Below, in pieces: positions 9,177 through 17,210 of a stretch of DNA of 64,000 bases (positions are counted from its first letter, which is position 1; each line of letters starts with the position of its first letter). Made by a program: the position numbers and the translations under genes. The notes beneath the pieces were generated by a model. It saw only the letters and a program-made list of their open reading frames with translations, was not told the DNA's origin and ran no database searches. The stretch covers positions 23,502 to 87,501 of the forward strand of contig JAPOLY010000002.1 of the NCBI GenBank assembly GCA_029976805.1, in the 5' to 3' direction. The DNA comes from a bacterium (GTDB lineage Bacteria; Planctomycetota; UBA8108; UBA1146).

Positions 9177-10142
9177 TCACCATTTGAGACCCAAGAACAC
9201 CATTAACAACCATAGTGGGATAATCCAGCGAGGCCAGACCGATTTAAGTACGACCTCCACAGGATCTCTTCCCTTTTCATGGAAAACGAGTTCCCTGAAA
9301 TAAAGGATCAACCCCAATGCGACAACAACAACACTCCACCACCAGCTCCCGGTTTTGAATAGATCTGAGTTGAAACAATACCACAGATAGGTCAACCCGC
9401 AGGCGGCCATCGTCAGGGCAAGGGCACGAGAGAGAACAGGCAGCCTGTACCCTGACAAGCTCGGGCGGTATTCAGGTCCGTATCCCCTGGTCAACTCGGA
9501 ATAACGTTTCCCCAAAGCCAGATTCAGTGCCAGCAAAAATCCGGTGATGAATAACATTCCACTGGCTTTGACAAGCACCAGTGAGCAACCCAATATGAGT
9601 CGTATCAGAAAGAAGCTTGCCAAAAACAAGACGTCTAACCACGGTAGAGAGCGAGCCCAAACAGTATAGAGAACATTTCCTGCGAGGTAACACCCCCCCA
9701 GTAACCATGGCTCTGGTGAGAAAGGTGACAGCAGTCCGGGAATTGAGAGAAGTGCAAAACCTGCCAGAGAGACGAATATCCCCCAAAGATATGCACTGAC
9801 TGGTGACACGATTCCAGCAGCCACGGCGCGCTGCTTCTTGACAGGATGCTTTTGATCACTGTGGCGATCATGGATGTCATTGAAGATATACACCCCTGAA
9901 CTCAAAAGGGAAAATCCAAGGATTCCAAGAGCCAGATTCAGCGGGTCCGGGTCCCCCCCGGAAGCGACCGCAAAAGGCAAGGGCAAGAGAATAAACAGAC
10001 TCTTGATCCAGTGAGGGATTCTCAGCAACCCGACATAAGGTCCCAATTTGAAAGGCCGAGAGTCGGAGTCTGGTCGTGGCTCAGAAACACCCGTCAAAAT
10101 CAGGCTCTCCCTTCTCCAAAACTGCTCTGTCTCGGTTAACAT
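9177..10142 (-). CDS. UbiA-family prenyltransferase (decaprenyl-phosphate phosphoribosyltransferase-like)
   Basis: NDIHDRHSDQKHPVKKQRAVAAG (NDxxDxxxD motif) and multiple TM helices. The start at 10142 (MLTETEQ) is preferred because the longer ORF to 10238 would overlap queG. Confidence 0.7.
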   Translation of the reverse strand: MLTETEQFWRRESLILTGVSEPRPDSDSRPFKLGPYVGLLRIPHWIKSLFILLPLPFAVASGGDPDPLNLALGILGFSLLSSGVYIFNDIHDRHSDQKHPVKKQRAVAAGIVSPVSAYLWGIFVSLAGFALLSIPGLLSPFSPEPWLLGGCYLAGNVLYTVWARSLPWLDVLFLASFFLIRLILGCSLVLVKASGMLFITGFLLALNLALGKRYSELTRGYGPEYRPSLSGYRLPVLSRALALTMAACGLTYLWYCFNSDLFKTGSWWWSVVVVALGLILYFRELVFHEKGRDPVEVVLKSVWPRWIIPLWLLMVFLGLKW

Positions 10143-10148
10143 TCCAGA

Positions 10149-11117
10149 ATGGAAGAACCCATGATACCCGCAACTGATAACGGGGAAAATTCCGAGCTCG
10201 GAGACCTCAAAGCCGCTGCACTCAGAATCGGCTTTCACTCACTGGGAGTTGCCAGAGCCGGTGAATCACCCCATGCCCACCGATTTCGTGAGTGGGTTGA
10301 TCAGGGCATGCATGCAGGCATGAAATGGATGGAATCCAACAAGGAAAGACGCTGCGACCCCACTCTCACTGTCGACGGTGCTCAGAGTGTGATTATGGTC
10401 ACCTTGCCCTACCCTGACGATCCGGAACTTCCTGAGAGTGCCCCCAAAGTGGCCCGATATGCGCGTGGCAGGGACTATCACAAAGTGATGAAACCGATGC
10501 TCAAACAACTCTGCGAATCCGTTTCGCAGAATGGAAAATGGGAAACATGGTACTGCGTCGACTCCTCCCCCATTCTGGAGCGAGATTGGGCTGAACTGTC
10601 GGGCCTGGGCTGGATCGGCAAAAATGGCCTCATCATCGATGAGGAAATCGGCAGCTGGTTCTTTTTGGGAGGAATTGTCACTAACCGTCCATTACCGACC
10701 ACTTCAGCGGTGATGGATCGTTGCGGAACCTGTACTCGATGCCTCGATGCTTGCCCCACTTCTGCGATCATTGAACCCCGCAGTATCGATGCGGGAAAAT
10801 GTATCTCGTACTGGACCATCGAACACCGCGGAGAGTTTCCAGAGAATACGAAGTTGCATGGCTGGCTCTTCGGTTGCGACGTTTGTCAGGAAGTCTGCCC
10901 CTGGAACCAACGGCCTGCCCGTCTCAAACCCGTCATCCACCCAGAATTGAAACCCGGAAAATCCGCTGACACCTGCAAGGAAGTCCTCGACCTCGACAGG
11001 GAGGGGTTTCTGGATATCTATGCGGGAACTCCTGTCACACGTACAGGACTGGAGGGCCTGAAGCGAAACGCTCAGAAGATTCTTCAAAAGGAAAACCTGG
11101 AAGAGGACCCCTCTTGA
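10149..11117 (+). CDS. queG: tRNA epoxyqueuosine(34) reductase
   Basis: QueG-like layout with two ferredoxin motifs, CGTCTRCLDACPTSAI and CDVCQEVCPWN. Confidence 0.85.
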   Translation: MEEPMIPATDNGENSELGDLKAAALRIGFHSLGVARAGESPHAHRFREWVDQGMHAGMKWMESNKERRCDPTLTVDGAQSVIMVTLPYPDDPELPESAPKVARYARGRDYHKVMKPMLKQLCESVSQNGKWETWYCVDSSPILERDWAELSGLGWIGKNGLIIDEEIGSWFFLGGIVTNRPLPTTSAVMDRCGTCTRCLDACPTSAIIEPRSIDAGKCISYWTIEHRGEFPENTKLHGWLFGCDVCQEVCPWNQRPARLKPVIHPELKPGKSADTCKEVLDLDREGFLDIYAGTPVTRTGLEGLKRNAQKILQKENLEEDPS

Positions 11118-11683
11118 GATCCCTGAGTTCGCCCAGTCAACTCTTCAATACCACGATGACCACCCATGGCCTGATTGCACTGGTGGCCGTCTCTTTCCTC
11201 CTTGCGCTGAATGGGCCACAATTTTTTCTGATCGATTCATTTTCCGATCTCTTTCAGGCGTTGCTTCTGGGAATATTCGCAGGAGGTGCACTTCAGGTTT
11301 TGCAATGGTTGGCTCGAAAGACAGTCCCCATCATTCGCAACATGAGTGCGTTGCTGGAGACACAATTTGAGGGCTGGACAGGGAAGGAGATCTTTTTTGT
11401 CGCATTGATCTCCTCCATCTCTGAAGAATTGCTCTTCAGGGCTCTGATACAGCCCTACCTCGGCTTGTGGCTGACCAGTCTCATTTTCGGGCTGGCACAC
11501 TGGACCGGAGTCAGGGAGTTGAGAATATGGGTCCCCCTCGCATTTCTGGGTGGACTGTTCCTTGGTGCACTTGCGGAGTCCTCCCTCTTCGGGATTCCGG
11601 GCAGCGTCGCTGCCCACTTCACCATCAACCTGACCAGTCTCTGGATCCTTACCCACAAACGCGGAAGTCCGGAAACCCCCTGA
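11114..11683 (+). CDS. CPBP family intramembrane glutamic endopeptidase (CAAX protease-like)
   Basis: SEELLFRALIQPYL, FGLAHW and HFTINL motifs in a polytopic membrane protein. ATGA-type overlap with queG. Confidence 0.8.
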   Translation: MRSLSSPSQLFNTTMTTHGLIALVAVSFLLALNGPQFFLIDSFSDLFQALLLGIFAGGALQVLQWLARKTVPIIRNMSALLETQFEGWTGKEIFFVALISSISEELLFRALIQPYLGLWLTSLIFGLAHWTGVRELRIWVPLAFLGGLFLGALAESSLFGIPGSVAAHFTINLTSLWILTHKRGSPETP

Positions 11684-11874
11684 AATCGCCCACAATTCTT
11701 CATCCGCACTGAAGTCCTGCATTTATCCAAAATGCCCTGATATCGTGGATTTCATGCGTTATTCGGTTGGTTGACTCCTCTCATTTTTGAATGGATGATG
11801 CTGGTTGGCCAACATGCTCCTTTCGGAACAAAGTTGAGCCGGGCTTTTCTTGAGGAGGGAATGGGGGAGGATTT

Positions 11875-12273
11875 ATGGTCATCAAGCGCATCGACCCTGA
11901 CAAGGCTCACGATCTGTTGCAGTCTGATCTGGGATTCCAATATCTCGATGTTCGCATGCCTGAGGAATTTGCTGAAGGGCATGTTCCCGAATCGACCAAC
12001 ATCCCCATCATGATTCGTGGAGATGGGGGCGTCGGCCTGCGAATGAATCCTGAATTCGTCGATTGTGTCGAAGCAGAATTCCCTGCAGACACCAAAATCA
12101 TTCTCGGTTGTCAAAAGGGTGGTCGCTCACAAAAAGCAGCGGATCTTCTCTCAGAAAAAGGGTTCAGCAATTTGCATGACATGCGCGGAGGATATGTGGG
12201 TGAAACCGACGTACTCGGCAACATCACCTTTCCTGGCTGGAATTCCCGAGGACTGCCCACCACTCGGAAATGA
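11875..12273 (+). CDS. Rhodanese-like domain protein (sulfurtransferase)
   Basis: YLDVRMPEEFAEGHVPESTNIP and the active-site loop CQKGGRSQKAA. Confidence 0.8.
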   Translation: MVIKRIDPDKAHDLLQSDLGFQYLDVRMPEEFAEGHVPESTNIPIMIRGDGGVGLRMNPEFVDCVEAEFPADTKIILGCQKGGRSQKAADLLSEKGFSNLHDMRGGYVGETDVLGNITFPGWNSRGLPTTRK

Positions 12274-12300
12274 TCGTTCACTGAGAGTTCTCGACGAATC

Positions 12301-13152
12301 TCAGGCCTTTTTCCCCTCGGTATGAGTCCCTGGGGTCAGTATTTGTGAGAAGATTTTTCTGGAAACCAGCCCGACCAGCCCGCGTGGGGCGAATCTCACC
12401 AGAAAAAGCAACAGACGGTTCCTCCAGCCAGCGACCACGACTCCACGGTCACTCAACAATCCCCGGATTGCTTCGCCCGCAACATCCTCGGGACTCATCT
12501 GTCCCGCTCTAATGTGGTCTTCAGATATTCCTGCAGCCTTGAAAAAGGAAGTTTGCGTTACCCCGGGTGCCAAAAGCAAAATCCTGATCGGTTGATCATG
12601 CATTTCCCAACCGAGGCTTTCCGCAAAACGGTTTACGAATCCCTTGGTACCGCTATAAGCGGCCATCCCGGGACCTCCTGCATACCCGATCAATGATCCG
12701 ACAAAGAGAATGAAACCTTTCTGCCTGTCTTTCATGGGTTGGAGCAGAGAATGACTCAACCTGACCAGGGCCTGACAGTTGAGAAAGATCATTTGATCCT
12801 GGTCCACCAGTGACAGATCCTCAAATCTCCCCCCCAGACCGACTCCGGCATTGTTGACGAGACCGTCAATATCTTCTCCAGAGACCTCGGACAACAGCTG
12901 ATCAACTCCCTCTGAGGTTGCGAGATCCGCGACAACCAATCGGCATGGAATCTTGCAGCGCTGTGCCGTCTCTTCCAGGCGACTTCTGTTACGCCCGGCG
13001 AGAATCAAGGATCCTGCGCCATTTTGGGCCAACTTGACCGCCAACTCGGCTCCGATCCCATCACTCGCTCCGGTGACGAGCACATTCATTCCAGACAGAT
13101 ATGAAGACATCCGATCCCTCCAGGTTTGGATCAGGGCTGCGATACACGGCAA
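12301..13152 (-). CDS. SDR family oxidoreductase
   Basis: VLVTGASDGIG cofactor motif and a YSGTK catalytic motif. The real start may be the internal Met at 13110. Confidence 0.8.
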   Translation of the reverse strand: MPCIAALIQTWRDRMSSYLSGMNVLVTGASDGIGAELAVKLAQNGAGSLILAGRNRSRLEETAQRCKIPCRLVVADLATSEGVDQLLSEVSGEDIDGLVNNAGVGLGGRFEDLSLVDQDQMIFLNCQALVRLSHSLLQPMKDRQKGFILFVGSLIGYAGGPGMAAYSGTKGFVNRFAESLGWEMHDQPIRILLLAPGVTQTSFFKAAGISEDHIRAGQMSPEDVAGEAIRGLLSDRGVVVAGWRNRLLLFLVRFAPRGLVGLVSRKIFSQILTPGTHTEGKKA

Positions 13153-13234
13153 AATGACGACTTGTCAGGCTCTCTTGACAAAAAATCCATAATTTGCGGA
13201 AATTAGCCCGCCGGCATTAAGGAGTTGATTCCAC

Positions 13235-13924
13235 ATGAGCACCCATGTTCCTGATTTGATGATCACCATCATCTCAGGAGCGTCCATCCTACCTGAGTGG
13301 CTGGACGGCACCAGAGCACTCAACAACCTCCATGCGTTCTGGCAGCAATGCAACTGGATCGACATCGTCATCCTGTTAGGCATGCTTGCAGGCTTGTTCA
13401 CGGGGGCAGGCCTCGGCTTTTATCGCTCGACGGCTCTGCTCTTCGGTTCAACCACGGGTGCTTTCATGGCTTTTCAATTTTCGAAGCCCTTTTCCCAAAC
13501 TCAACTCTTTCAATCGGTCGGAGTCGAATTAGGACCACTGGGAGCTCAGATCCTTGCCGGCCTCGCCATCTTCGCCGGATCCATCTTTTCAACAATGCTG
13601 ATCACCTACTTCTTTCGCAGCCACTTTGACAGAACCCTCAAAACTTGTGATGGAGTTCTCGGTGCGCTGATGGGTGGAGGAATCGCAGGCCTCGTCTTTG
13701 GCTTGATCCTCCTCGGAGTCTTTCAATGGCCCGATGGGCAGATTCATCAACCGATTCGGGATTCGGTCATCGGTGTGCCCCTTGCTGAGGCAACCGGGAC
13801 ACTTGACCACTTCTTTCCCACCGATTTCCGGGATCGCTTTCAACTGACGCTTTCAGAATCATTGGAAGCCAAGGCCCAGATCGTGCCAGCAACCGTGGAC
13901 CTGCAAGAGACCCGCCCTCGCTGA
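13235..13924 (+). CDS. CvpA family membrane protein
   Basis: Four predicted TM helices with a CvpA-like N-terminus (NWIDIVILLGMLAGLFTGAGLGFYRS). Confidence 0.6.
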   Translation: MSTHVPDLMITIISGASILPEWLDGTRALNNLHAFWQQCNWIDIVILLGMLAGLFTGAGLGFYRSTALLFGSTTGAFMAFQFSKPFSQTQLFQSVGVELGPLGAQILAGLAIFAGSIFSTMLITYFFRSHFDRTLKTCDGVLGALMGGGIAGLVFGLILLGVFQWPDGQIHQPIRDSVIGVPLAEATGTLDHFFPTDFRDRFQLTLSESLEAKAQIVPATVDLQETRPR

Positions 13925-13993
13925 CGCTCGTATTCCTGTCATTCTCAGGGTCGTATACACTGATCATGGTCACAAACCTGGCAAGGGTATTCC

Positions 13994-15898
13994 ATGATTC
14001 CGATCTCGTGTGCATCTGTCGAAAAGACATCTTCACGTAAAACAGTCCGACCCGGGCTCCCGCTTTCGCTAACAGTTCTTCTATGGGTGACGCTGTTTCC
14101 CATTTCAGGAATCGGAGGGCTTTTTTCACAGGATTTCATCCCACCTCCGATCACTGCCACAGACCAGGTACTGAATTCACTTGAGAAGATCTATGACGAC
14201 TTTTGGGAATACCAACTTTCAGTAAGTCCCATGCTTGCTGCAGAGTATGGGGATAAGGCCGCTCAGGGCAAACTCCCACAATCCGGACTGAAAACCATCG
14301 ACCGCGATCTGAAAAAATATTTCAGTTTTTTCAATGCCATGTATGCCCTGGATCTCTCACAGATCCCCGAACAGGATCGTCAACAGGCACAGATCCTGAT
14401 CAACATCATTGAGAACAAACTGGATGGCATTCGTGTGGGTGAGCATTTGGCCCCCATCAATCAACGCAGGGGACCGCAAGTATGGCTCCCTCGACTTCAC
14501 AGCCAACTTCGTTTTGTCAAAACAGAAGATCACGAAAACTACCTCTCACGGCTTGAGGGGATCCCTGCTTATATCAATGGAGTAAAGGAAGTTCTGGAGA
14601 GAGCCGTCAATGAGGGCTTTTTGCCCCCGAAAGCAACTCTGGCCGGGGTTCCTGAACAATTTCTGGCCTGTATTTCTCCAGCACCGGCAGAGTCTCTCTT
14701 TTATGCTCCCTTCAACAAGATGCCTGCAGGTATCAGCCTGGAGAAATGGAGCGAGGTTCAGGAAAGAGCTCAGAGTGTGATCGGCGAAAAGGTTCAACCT
14801 GCCCTTGCCGAACTCGCAGCATACCTGGAGTCGACCTACATCCCTCTGGCGAGGGATTCCTTTGGGGCCTATGAATTTCCCAACGGTAATGAGTACTACA
14901 GTTTTTGCATCCGCAAACACACTTCGACACAACTCTCTGCCACCGATATTCATCAGTTGGGCCTCAGGGAAGTGGCAAGAATCAAATCGGAGATGCAGAA
15001 GATCATCGAGGAAGTTGATTTTGACGGCGATTTTTCAGCATTTGTGCAGTTTCTTCGTGAGGACCCTCGCTTCTATCACGAATCTGCAGAAGATCTCCTG
15101 AAGGGTTATCGGGATATTTGCAAACGTGCCGATGCCATGATGCCATCCCTGTTTGGAAAACTGCCGAGAGCTCCTTACGGAGTCCGGGAGATCCCGTCCC
15201 ACGAAGCCCCGCGATCGACGACCGCCTATTACATGTCCCCCCCTGCGGATGGAAGCCAACCCGGTTGGTTCTATGCCAATACCTTTGACCTGAGAAGCCG
15301 TCCTATTTACGAAATGGAAGCATTGGCTCTCCATGAAGCCGTCCCCGGGCATCACCACCAGTTGGCACTTCAGGGGGAAATGGAGGGGCTTCCAAACTGG
15401 AGAAAGATCACTCATTTCACGGCCTACATCGAAGGCTGGGGACTGTATGCAGAATCTCTCGGTGACGAAATGGGCTTCTACCAGAACCCCTACTCCCGAT
15501 TTGGGAAGCTCTCCTATGAAATGTGGCGTGCTCTGAGACTCGTAGTCGATACCGGTATCCATCAACTGGGCTGGACCAGAGATCAGGCGATTCAGGTGAT
15601 GATGGAAAACTCTGCCCTCACTCGAAAGAACGTCGAGGCAGAAGTGGACCGTTACATCGCATGGCCCGGACAGGCACTGGCCTACAAGGTGGGAGAGTTG
15701 GAGATCCAGTCATTGGTCAAGAATGCTCGTGAAGAGTTGGGCAACGACTTTGACATTCGCGGATTCCATGACCACCTGCTCGCCGAAGGTTCGATGCCGC
15801 TGGAGATTTTGCGCTCACGGATGGAATCGTGGGTACAAGAACAGAAGGCTGCTCAGGCAGCGGAGAACGGTACACAGAAAAACTCTGAGGAGGATTAG
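13994..15898 (+). CDS. DUF885 domain-containing secreted protein (putative metallopeptidase-like)
   Basis: HEAVPGHHHQ motif, IAWPGQALAYKVG, and an N-terminal hydrophobic signal. Confidence 0.75.
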   Translation: MIPISCASVEKTSSRKTVRPGLPLSLTVLLWVTLFPISGIGGLFSQDFIPPPITATDQVLNSLEKIYDDFWEYQLSVSPMLAAEYGDKAAQGKLPQSGLKTIDRDLKKYFSFFNAMYALDLSQIPEQDRQQAQILINIIENKLDGIRVGEHLAPINQRRGPQVWLPRLHSQLRFVKTEDHENYLSRLEGIPAYINGVKEVLERAVNEGFLPPKATLAGVPEQFLACISPAPAESLFYAPFNKMPAGISLEKWSEVQERAQSVIGEKVQPALAELAAYLESTYIPLARDSFGAYEFPNGNEYYSFCIRKHTSTQLSATDIHQLGLREVARIKSEMQKIIEEVDFDGDFSAFVQFLREDPRFYHESAEDLLKGYRDICKRADAMMPSLFGKLPRAPYGVREIPSHEAPRSTTAYYMSPPADGSQPGWFYANTFDLRSRPIYEMEALALHEAVPGHHHQLALQGEMEGLPNWRKITHFTAYIEGWGLYAESLGDEMGFYQNPYSRFGKLSYEMWRALRLVVDTGIHQLGWTRDQAIQVMMENSALTRKNVEAEVDRYIAWPGQALAYKVGELEIQSLVKNAREELGNDFDIRGFHDHLLAEGSMPLEILRSRMESWVQEQKAAQAAENGTQKNSEED

Positions 15899-15903
15899 TC
15901 GGG

Positions 15904-16578
15904 TCAGCGTTGAAAAGACAGGGATTTCCCCGAATCGGCGGGGCCGAGATCGAGAAGAAAATCCACTGCAGACTGAGCCCACTCTTCCGGCTCGACCGCG
16001 AGTGCAGCATCCGCGCTTCCAAATGCACGGCTGAGCATCTCCGTGTGAACCACTCCAGGCGAAAGAGCCACAGCCGCCAATTCCGCAGGCAACTCCTGAG
16101 CCAGTGAGCCAATCAGGCCTTCCACTGCAAACTTGGAAGCACAATACGGGGCCACCTCGGGTGAAGTACTGCGCCCCCATCCGGAGGACAAGGCCACGAG
16201 AACCCCTCGCCCCAATTCCAGCATCTCGGGAACAAACGCACAGAGGGTGTGGTGAACCCCTTTGATATTGACGTCGATCACTGAAGAGAACTCAGCGGCG
16301 GATATTTCCCAGAGAGGTGCACGAACATTCAGTAATCCGGCATTGGCGATGACCAGATCCGGAGTGAACCCTGATCGCCGCAAATCGCCGGCCCACTGCT
16401 TCATCCCCTCTTCATCGCAGACGTCCACAGCCCTGAAATAGGGTTCCCCACCCAAATCCTCAAGCAAAGAGCCCTGCCTTGCGCAACCGGCCACTTCCAC
16501 ACTCCGCTTTTGGAATTCCGCCACCAGAGCTCTGCCGATTCCTCTACTGCACCCGGTGACGACAACCTGCCGTGCCAC
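15904..16578 (-). CDS. SDR family oxidoreductase
   Basis: VVVTGCSRGIGRAL and YCASK motifs. Its start overlaps the miaE stop. Confidence 0.8.
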   Translation of the reverse strand: MARQVVVTGCSRGIGRALVAEFQKRSVEVAGCARQGSLLEDLGGEPYFRAVDVCDEEGMKQWAGDLRRSGFTPDLVIANAGLLNVRAPLWEISAAEFSSVIDVNIKGVHHTLCAFVPEMLELGRGVLVALSSGWGRSTSPEVAPYCASKFAVEGLIGSLAQELPAELAAVALSPGVVHTEMLSRAFGSADAALAVEPEEWAQSAVDFLLDLGPADSGKSLSFQR

Positions 16579-17210
16579 TAGTGCATCCTTGCTTCGACCG
16601 GAAGTGATCGCAGCAAATCGGCCTCAATCTCTGCCGCTTCAGAGATCCTTCTGGTGACTACCGCCGGATCACACACCTGCATGGCCAAATCACGAAAGGA
16701 CTCCCAATGTCGCCCCTCCGCATCTGCCAGGCGCTGATAGAAATTGGACAGATCGGGATCCGCCTCTGGCCCCGATTCAAGGGCCCTGGCGAGGACTCGA
16801 AAGCGTTCACAAGACCGGGCCTCGACGAACGCGTTGACGATCAGGTGATCGCCAAGACCGCCGATCCCGGATCCCTTCGCACACAGGAGGCCACGCAGTT
16901 TTTTGACATAGGGATCGACAGGTGGAGGCCCCAGAGAGACCCCCCGCTGCTTCAGCAAGTCCGTCACCTGTCGAAAATGCAGCATCTCTTCCTGAACCAG
17001 CGCAACCATCGGCCGGTGCAAAAACTCATGTTCAGGAAATCGGGCCATCAAACCGAGACCGGCACTGGCAGCCTTGTATTCACACCACGCATGATCACGA
17101 AGAACCTGATCCAGATTTGCAAGGGCCAGAGGAGCCCATTCTTCGGAAGTTTCACAGGTGAGGGGCAAACCCTCCAACACTGCTGAATTCACGGTCCTAC
17201 TCCTCTTCAA
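16578..17210 (-). CDS. miaE: tRNA-(ms2io6A)-hydroxylase (MiaE family non-heme diiron protein)
   Basis: DHAWCEYKAASAG, EEMLHF, EARSCERF, AEGRHW and a C-terminal ...RMH, matching the short MiaE family. Confidence 0.8.
   Translation of the reverse strand: MKRSRTVNSAVLEGLPLTCETSEEWAPLALANLDQVLRDHAWCEYKAASAGLGLMARFPEHEFLHRPMVALVQEEMLHFRQVTDLLKQRGVSLGPPPVDPYVKKLRGLLCAKGSGIGGLGDHLIVNAFVEARSCERFRVLARALESGPEADPDLSNFYQRLADAEGRHWESFRDLAMQVCDPAVVTRRISEAAEIEADLLRSLPVEARMH

Noticed and set aside
13922-13996. The cvpA-like ORF and the DUF885 ORF are in the same frame, separated by a TGA; considered as a possible read-through or Sec site
   Set aside because: A second in-frame TGA occurs at 13961. The two proteins are unrelated complete domains, and DUF885 has its own signal-like N-terminus.
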